64,000 bases of DNA from Podarcis gaigeae (lineage: Eukaryota): the NCBI GenBank assembly GCA_964106915.2, contig OZ066919.1. The stretch is one strand, 5' to 3'. The notes beneath the pieces were generated by a model that saw nothing but the letters and a program-made list of their open reading frames with translations, had not been told where the DNA came from and made no database searches. Positions 56,046 to 64,000 of this stretch are shown here, in pieces. How positions within the stretch are numbered: position 1 is the first letter of the stretch; each line of letters opens with the position of its first letter. The translations under genes were made by a program, and so were the position numbers.

Positions 56046-57667
56046 TGTCTGGTGCTAGGTGGAAGAACACCATAGAATGGTGCAAGACAACACCAAATAA
56101 GAGGACAAAGAGGCCTAAAATTCAGATATCAGATGCAAAATTAGAAATAATTTAAATAGAATTCATCACTTCATCTCTGCATAGTGGGGAAGACTGTGAT
56201 CAGGTGATCTATGTACCTGTCTGCTATTTAGGTGTTAACTTTTGATGGGCTTCTCCATAGACCCTGCTCTCCTTTCTTATGGTTCTTTTGCTTTAAACTG
56301 GACTTGGACCAGAGAGACATTCAACTAAAGAACGCCATCAAATAGAGAGCTATCCTCTGACAGTCCTTCAAATAATGAACTGTCCTCTGTAAAAATGTCA
56401 CTGAGATGTTCTCTTTTGCATTTCATTGAAGGGTGGAGGCTACTCTGGTCAGTTCTGTATCCCTATCCTTGGTTGCCAACCCTTGTCAGTTTGGCAGCCA
56501 ACGACAGACAAAATGAACCCTGAGAGACAAAATGGAAATGTGAGAAGGAAATACAGGCATTCTTGCATCACACTGCCCTTGTAGTGGGTAGCTTCCCTTA
56601 TTTGGAGTCAAGAATAATACAAATCTCTATGACCCCTTGGCGCATATGGTACCTTCACATCAGGAAAACTCAAAGGTGGTGTCACCAGACTCACATTGGG
56701 ACCTGTCTTATTCAAAGATGGGAATTTGCATTTTCAGCCTCCACTTCTCAAAAAAAAAAAAAAAGCCCCAACCCTTTCCTGATCTAGAGTAGGAGAAAAA
56801 CATTAGTGATTAACGAAATTGTGGCAATAATAAATAATATGACAGCAAACTGAAAGATAAACAGAGAAACTGAAAGAAGTGGTGGAAAGAAGCCAGAAAA
56901 GTCCAATAAATATTTCTATTTCCTATATGAAAACAAAACATTCTCATTCAATTACTGTAGTAATCTGCTTTCAGTTCTCATCTGTAGAGCAGAATAAATG
57001 AAGTTCATTGAAAAGAGCTGTCACTTTCTTCAGAGCATCTTTGAAGCAGCTTCGTCCTCCTCCCATATATTATTAGAACCATTCATGTTTAACTGTTTGT
57101 ATTTTAACAATACTTAAATGCTCGCCACCAGAGGTTTGTACAAATGTTAGGCAAATGCCAAGCCCATTTCATCAAGAACTTGTAGAATTTCAAGAAGCAT
57201 AGCAATTGAAGCTGTTTATGTATGGATCTGTGTGCGTGCAATATTCCAAGTTTAAAATAAATACAATAATAATTAATAATTAACTTTCATTTATATCCCA
57301 CCCTCCCCGGCTGAAGTCGGGCTCAGGTCGGCTAACATCAGATATTGGTATAAAATCAAACAATAATTAAATTACCTCCTAAAAACAGGTCAAAATCAAA
57401 TTAAAGTCTAATTAGATGGCTTTCCTCAGGGTTAGGGCTGAGAACAGTAAGTGCACATTGGCCCAGCTGTTTATGCTGATCTTATATGGGCATGTGAGAA
57501 TGCTGTGAGGCCTCTCCAAGGACAGAGAGATGTCCAACCTTGAAGTGGGAAATATAATCTTTGATCCCCCAGCTATGCCACTGCATAAATGTCCATTGCT
57601 TTTGCCCTAGTGATGTTGGAACTCTGGGGTCAGTAGGGCTGAAAATGGTGTGTCCCCAGGATTATAA

Positions 57668-58260
57668 AACAACAACAACAACAACAACAACAAATACCCT
57701 GCCTATCTGACTGGGTTGCCCCAGCCACTCTGGGCAGCTTCCAGCATATACAGAAACATAATAAAACATCAAACATTTAAAAAATCCCTATACAAGGCCG
57801 CCTTCAGATGTATTCTAAAAGTTGTATAGTTCTTTATCTCCTTGACATCTGATGGGAGTGATGCGCAGCGTAAATTAATAATCCAGAGTTTTTAAGGAAT
57901 AAAAGCTTTACTGAGTTAAAATAAACTTCTTCATAAACAACATGATTCCTAACAGTTTGACTGAGATTGCATACTGACTGTTCACAGCTGAGGCAGACAG
58001 ACTCTCACTGAAATCTTACACAGAGAGCACAAAGAGAAACTGGCTGCTAAGTCACATGTTAGAGTGACTTAACAGTTAGCAGTTAGGCCTGAACAACTTC
58101 AGTAGGCCCAAATGATTGTGCAGTCGCAGCACTTCCCAGCCTGCTTTTGCTGCTTCTGCTCTCATGTGTCTTTGTCACATGACAGGGAGAGCATTCCACA
58201 GGGTGGGTGCCACTACCGAGAAGGCCCTCTGTTTGGATCTCAGTGTCCAGGCTGAACCAG
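57668..58260 (-). mobile_element. L2 3' fragment with (AAC)n tail, split by an LTR insertion
   Basis: 57694-57858 and 58185-58260 are colinear with the L2 at 63100-63390. Confidence 0.82.
57859..58184. mobile_element. Solo LTR-like insertion (326 bp)
   Basis: TG...CA ends; 5-bp TSD GGGAG; cleanly interrupts L2 sequence. Confidence 0.8.
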
Positions 58261-58476
58261 GATGAGCCAGGGGAAACCATAGACCAGATGCACCTATAGA
58301 CTTGCTAGTCCTCCAACATGACTTCAAGCAAATGAGAAAACTACACCCTGGAGCTGGGGTAGTTCATTTCTTTCTCATTGTTCAAAGTGGGAGGGACATT
58401 ATAAAGGAATGAAAGGTAACAACAACAACAACAACAACAACCATAGAATAGAACACAGATATGCAAAAGTGTTGCT

Positions 58477-58670
58477 AGGAACATAGGAAGCTGCCTTATA
58501 GCATGTCAGAACATTTGCCCATCTAGCTCTGTCCTGTCTACACTGACTGGCATTGGCCCTCCAAGGTTTCTGGCAGGGAGTCTTTTCCAGCTCCATCTGG
58601 AGATGTTGGGGATTGAATCTGGGAACTTCTGCTATCAAAACAGATGCTCTACAAACTCTCTCCACCCCTT
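58477..58670 (-). mobile_element. tRNA-derived SINE, near full length
   Basis: Reverse complement: gtagagcatctgttttg...agattcaatccccaacatctccag...ggcagcttcctatgttcc. Confidence 0.75.
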
Positions 58671-58780
58671 TCTAGAAATGCAGCCATAATAATGCTGATT
58701 ATTTATTTTATAATGCTGATTGTTCACAACTTTGATTTGTAGCTAGAGGCGTCTATGAATAAGGCACATATGCATTAGGT

Positions 58781-59027
58781 AGAAGAAGAAGAGTTTGGGT
58801 TTGATATCCCGCTTTATCACTACCTGAAGGAGTCTCAAAGCAGCTAATATTCTCCTTCCCTTCCTCCCCCACAACAAACACTCTGTGAGGTGAGTGGGGC
58901 TGAGAGACTTCAGAGAAGTGTGACTAGCCCAAGGTCACCCAGCAGCTGCATGTGGAGGAGCGGAGACGCGAACCCGGTTCCCCAGATTATGAATCTACCA
59001 CTCTTAACCACTACACCACGCTGGCTC
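58781..59027 (-). mobile_element. Squam3-like SINE, full length
   Basis: Highly similar to 18934-19185; (CTT)n tail. Confidence 0.87.
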
Positions 59028-59077
59028 TCAAATATAATTAACTGAAGAAACATATGCAGAAATCTTTAAAATAGAAA

Positions 59078-59148
59078 TGCATTGGCCAGGAATCGAACCC
59101 AAGCCTCCCGCGTGGCAGGCAAGAATTCTACCACTGAACCACCAATGC
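59078..59148 (-). tRNA. tRNA-Gly(GCC) gene or young pseudogene
   Basis: Reverse complement GCATTGGTGGTTCAGTGGTAGAATTCTTGCCTGCCACGCGGGAGGCTTGGGTTCGATTCCTGGCCAATGCA; 4 C>T changes versus the canonical vertebrate tRNA-Gly-GCC; no encoded CCA; TTTT terminator 7-10 nt downstream. Confidence 0.92.
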
Positions 59149-60654
59149 ATCCCCATTGTAATCAGACTCTGTCTATAACTTCTCTCGTTGAACAGAGGCT
59201 AATAAAGTTCAAGACTGTTATTAGACTGTATAAGCTTTCGTACAATGGCTCTGTATGAAGTTGAATGATCTGTCCTTGCATGCTCCACTGAGATATGAAT
59301 GGTCATTGCATCTGAGAACAAAACAGAGATAGCGGCTGATGTATTTTAACCACTTGTGCTTAGAAGGCACGCACAAACCTCCCCAAACTCACCTATTTCT
59401 CTGCTAAATTCCATCTAGATTCTCGATAGCACAACATTTACAATGCAGTCCTACACAGATTTAGGCATGTCTGCACCCACTCAAGTCAATAGGCTTATAG
59501 AAATTGAACGCTGTATAGGATTAAGCATCTAAGAGTTCCATCTTTTTGCTGTTTCTGTTAATATTATTACCCCACCCCACCCTGAAAATAAGCATTGCTT
59601 CAAGCAGCCAGAAACAGCTCTTAATCTCCTGTAATGAAAATAGATTTAGAGAAATGCGTGCAAAAGGCATTGCCAATGCACTGTGATGGTGTTCTTAATG
59701 GCAACAACAGGAATATGCACCACTGAGTTCAGAAGTGGCACTTCATACCCGCAAAGTTCTTACCTGAGCATTGCTTTTGGAGGGACCTCCCTGAGAAGGG
59801 AGGTGAAAATTCCTGCAAGAGCAGCTGCTTTGACATTTCTTGTACTATGTGTACAGCTATAAAGGAAGAAGTTGGACTCATCTCATCCTTGATGTCATAA
59901 TAAGAGAAAAATAATTTGTTTTCTCTGTCATTTTATGGAACTTGGGGACAAGTTCCTTTAAGGGTTTTTTTCTTTTTTCTGAAACTTCTCTTCAGCCAAG
60001 GGAGGAAGTTATCCTCTTTTCGAGACACATTTTTTATGAGTTTAATTATAAGCAGGTAATGGAGTCTATGTAAAAATTACCTCTTAACTCTGCAGTAAAA
60101 ATACAGTCCCCCAGAGCAAAACAAATCTATAAAATGGAAAGAGATCACCATGGCGAGCCTATGGGGAAAGTGTCTCCGAAAAGAAAGCAAATGAGATTCA
60201 CTTACTTAAAAACCCATGTGTCTTCATCCCTTGGCATAGGCCTTAGCTTCTTTCTTGTTTATATCTGTTTCCATTTCGGTTAATATCAGTTCCACTGGGC
60301 AATTACAACTTTATATTCAAAACTCCCTTGTTAAACATGTGGGGCGGAATTTACGTAACCAGTCTCGTCCACAGAGGCCCTGCTCAAGGATTTCCACTTG
60401 TGCAGTGGGCCTCCCTCTCCCCACGTACCCCTCCACCCACCAAAACTGACTCAGGGGGTGTCAGGAGAATCCCTAGAGCAGTGCGTGTAGGGAGGAGCTG
60501 GGATACTGTCCCACCTGGCAAGCTGGAATGCTTGGACGAACGAAAGGATTGGAAGAGTATAATGTTGCATTCCATCTGTGATTTCTGGGTTGTATAGCTG
60601 ATCCCCCATTCTCCATGTTCTCCCTAGAGTAGCCATGTCTCCTGCACACACAAG

Positions 60655-62850
60655 AGCCTATCCCGTCGAAACCGGGCCCCTTGGTTTACTGAGGAGCTCC
60701 GGAAAATGAAGCGGGATCTCAGACGGCTAGAGCGAGTATGGCGACGGACTCGTGACGGAGCCTCAAGAACATCTTATAGGACACTTATGAAAGCCTATGA
60801 GATGGCTATGAAAGCTGCTAAGAAATCTTACTTTGCAGCTTCCATTGCATCCGCTAGCTCTCACCCGGCACAACTTTTTAAAATAATTAGGTCAATAACG
60901 TCCTTAGGAGGACAACCAAATTTAAGCACAAATTCGACCCACAGCTGTGAGGCATTCACGAGTTTTTTTTGCGGAGAAAGTCCTGTTGCTCTGCCGTGAC
61001 CTCCCTGCCAATTTAGATACAGTGACTGAACTGGAGGCCCCTCAACTGACTTCAGGTCCAGTGTTGGACCATTTCGATCGGATACTCCCTACTGATGTGG
61101 ATAGATTCCTCCAAGTTGGTAGGCCCACCACCTGCCTCCTTGATCCGTGCCCGTCTTGGCTGATTAGGGAGTGTCCAGATGTTGCGTGGACCCCCCTGGT
61201 TGAAATTATCAATTTGTCCCTTGACACGGGGACATTCCCAGGGGAACTGAAAGAAGCAGTGGTGTGTCCACTCTTAAAAAAAACTTCATTAGATCCCTTA
61301 GACCTATCCAATTACCACCCAGTTTCAAATCTTCCATACCTGGGTAAGGTAATTGAGAGAGCGGTTGCTGAACAGCTTGGTAGGTTTCTGGAGGAAACAT
61401 CGGCATTAGATCCATTTCAGTCCGGTTTCCATCCTGGTTTTGGGACGGAGACGGCTCTGGTTGCCCTAACAGATGATCTCCGTAGACAACTGGATCGAGG
61501 CGGGTCAGGACTGCTGATCCTTTTAGATTTGTCAGCAGCCTTTGACATGGTCGATCATGATCTTCTGGACCACCGTCTCGCAGACGTGGGGATACAGGGC
61601 ATAGTCCGTAACTGGTTGTGCTCTTTTATCTCTGGTCGGGGACAGAGGGTGGCACTAGGGACGGAAATGTCGTCGCGCCACTCCTTGGTGTGTGGAGTGC
61701 CGCAGGGCGCAATTCTCTCCCCAATGCTTTTTAACATCTTTATGCGCCCCCTTGCCCAGGTTATCCGGAGCTTTGGGCTGGGCTGTCACCAATATGCTGA
61801 TGACACTCAGCTCTATCTGCTGATGGATGGCCACACTGACTCGGCCCCGAACACACTGACCAGATGTTTGGAAGCTGTGGCTGGATGGTTTCGTGGGAGC
61901 CGATTGAAACTAAATCCTTCGAAGACAGAGGTCCTATGGCTAGGTCGGGATGGCATGGGGATGAGGGACCAACTCCCTTCTCTTGCGGGGGCCCAATTAG
62001 TGCCATTGCCTTCCGTTAAGAGTTTGGGTGTAATCCTTGACGCCTCCCTTTCCATGGAGGCGCAAGTTACAGCAACAGCCAAGGCGACATTTTTCCACCT
62101 TCGCCGCATCAAGCAGTTGGTCCCTTACCTTTCCCGCCCCGACCTGGCCACAGTGATCCATGCGACGGTCATCTCCAGGCTTGACTACTGTAATTCGCTC
62201 TATGCGGGGCTGCCCTTGAAGCTGTCCCAGAAACTCCAGCGGGTACAGAATGCTGCAGCGAGGCTCCTCACGGGGTCTCTGCCATGGGAGCATATTCACC
62301 CAGTGCTTTTCAAGCTGCACTGGCTCCCGGTGGAGTACAGGGTCAGATTTAAGGTGCTGATTTTGACCTTTAAAGCCCTTCACGGCCTAGGACCCTCGTA
62401 CCTACGGGACGGCCTCTCCTGGTATGCCCCACGGAGAGCCTCAAGGTCCATAAATAACAACACCCTAGTGGTCCCAGGCCCTAAGGAAGTTAGATTGGCT
62501 TCAACCAGAGCCAGGGCCTTTTCAACTCTGGCTCCGGCCTGGTGGAACGCTCTGCCTCATGAGACCAGGGCTCTGCAGGATCTGATTTCTTTCCGCAGGG
62601 CCTGTAAAACAGAGTTGTTCCGCCTGGCCTTTGGCTTGGAGCCAATTTGATTCCCTCCCTCTCTTTTTTTCCCCTTTCTTTTCCTTCTCCTCCTGCGATG
62701 AGGCTACATTTTAATATTTTAATGTTCCATTATTTTAATGTTGTATTTTATTTTTGTTTTTAAGTTGTAATCATTCATCTTGTTTTTATTATTGCTTGTA
62801 AGCCGCTCTGAGCCCGGCCTTGGCTGGGGAGGGCGGGGTATAAATAAAAA

Positions 62851-62890
<40 letters not shown>
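60655..62890 (+). mobile_element. Young 5'-truncated L2 LINE with reverse transcriptase ORF (60947-62650) and (TTA)n tail
   Basis: PWFTEELRKMK, NYHPVSNLPYLGKVIE, LLDLSAAFD, GVPQGAILSP, QYADD (YADD at 61793-61804), SRLDYCNSL; one frameshift in the T8 run at 60963-60970. Confidence 0.96.
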
Positions 62891-62891
<1 letters not shown>

Positions 62892-63071
62892 CTTCGGTCC
62901 TCAGCATCTCCAGGGACGGACTAATCTGTAAACTTCAATTGATACGGGTTTCTCATTTTTCAAATCTTAAATTCAGTTTGCACCATTTCCATATCAGTTT
63001 GCAAAGAATCTGCATGAAAATACATACAAATCTTTGTGTGGATTTATATTATATTAGGGGGGAAAGCTCAT

Positions 63072-63945
63072 ATAATAATATAATATAATAACAATTTATT
63101 ACTTATACCCTGCCCATCTGGCTGGGCTTCGCCAGCCACTCTGGGCGGCTTCCCAAAAAATATTAAAATACTGTAATACATCAAACATTAAAAGCTTCCC
63201 TAAACAGGGCTGCCTTCAGATGTCTTCTAAAAGTCTGGTAGTTGTTGTTCTCTTTGACATCTAGTGGGAGGGCATTCCACAGGGAGGGTGCCACTACTGA
63301 GAAGGCCCTCTGCCTGGTTCCCTGTAACTTGGCTTCTCGCAGTGAGGGAACCGCCAGACGGCCCTCGGTGTGGACCTCAGTGTCCAGGTAGAACGATGGG
63401 GGTGGAGACAATCCTTCAGGTATACTGGACCAAGGCCATTTAGGGCTTTAAAGGTCAGCACCAACACTTTGAATTGTGCTCGGAAACGTACTGGGAGCCA
63501 ATGTAGGTCTTTCAAGACCAGTGTTATATGGTCTTGGCGGCCGCTCCCAGTCACCAGTCTAGCTGCCGCGTTCTGGATTAGTTGTAGTTTCTGGGTCACC
63601 TTCAAAGGTAGCCCCACGTAGAGCGCATTGCAGTAGTCCAAGCGGGAGATAACCAGAGCATGCACCACTCTGGCGAGGCAATCTGCAGGCAGATAGGGTC
63701 TCTGCCTATGTACCAGATGGAGCTGGTAAACAGCTGCCCTGGACTCGGATTTGACCTGTGCCTCCATGGACAGCTGTGAGTCCAAAATGACTCCCAGGCT
63801 GCGCACCTGGTCCTTCAGGGGCACAGTTACCCCATTCAGGACCAGGGAGTCCTCCACACCTGCCCGCCTCCTGTCTCCCAAAAACAGTACTTCTGTCTTG
63901 TCAAGATTCAACCTCAATCTGTTAGCCGCCATCCATCTTCCAACC
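63072..63945 (-). mobile_element. 5'-truncated L2 LINE of a second subfamily
   Basis: WMAANRLRLNLDKTEVL, SRLDYCNALY, LHWLPVRFRAQFK, QRAFSVVAPSLWNALP; TAA-rich tail near 63072-63100. Confidence 0.94.
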
Positions 63946-64000
63946 GCATTTAAAAGCAATTTAAAATATATATGCATTTAAAAGCAATTTCCCCTAATAT

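Noticed and set aside
38400-64000. Exons of a second host gene downstream of PTPRT
   Set aside because: No ORF with a recognisable non-transposon domain or a consistent splice chain. Small exons could have been missed by eye.

Overview
This is vertebrate, not microbial, DNA. It comes from a squamate reptile, most likely a lacertid lizard, judging by Sauria SINEs, Squam3-like SINEs with a (CTT)n tail, and L2/CR1 LINEs. Bases 181-29012 (+) hold the last 13 coding exons (here w1-w13) of PTPRT, receptor-type tyrosine phosphatase T/rho. They splice in frame into about 517 aa covering most of the catalytic D1 domain ([23 protein letters not shown]) and the whole D2 pseudophosphatase domain, ending ...ALEYLSSF*. 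A long 3' UTR probably runs to the AATAAA at 38357. The rest is intergenic: MITEs, four solo LTRs, L2/CR1 pieces (one L2 with an almost intact RT ORF) and a CpG-decayed tRNA-Gly(GCC). Most ORFs in the supplied track are spurious. I cannot demonstrate a new system from sequence alone. The best leads are (1) a candidate alternative terminal exon at the D1/D2 junction that would give a D1-only PTPRT ending in -VHF, (2) inverted repeats flanking two exons that would circularise into a stop-free 300-nt ORF, (3) a GC-AG intron, and (4) a tRNA gene lying head-to-tail with a SINE.
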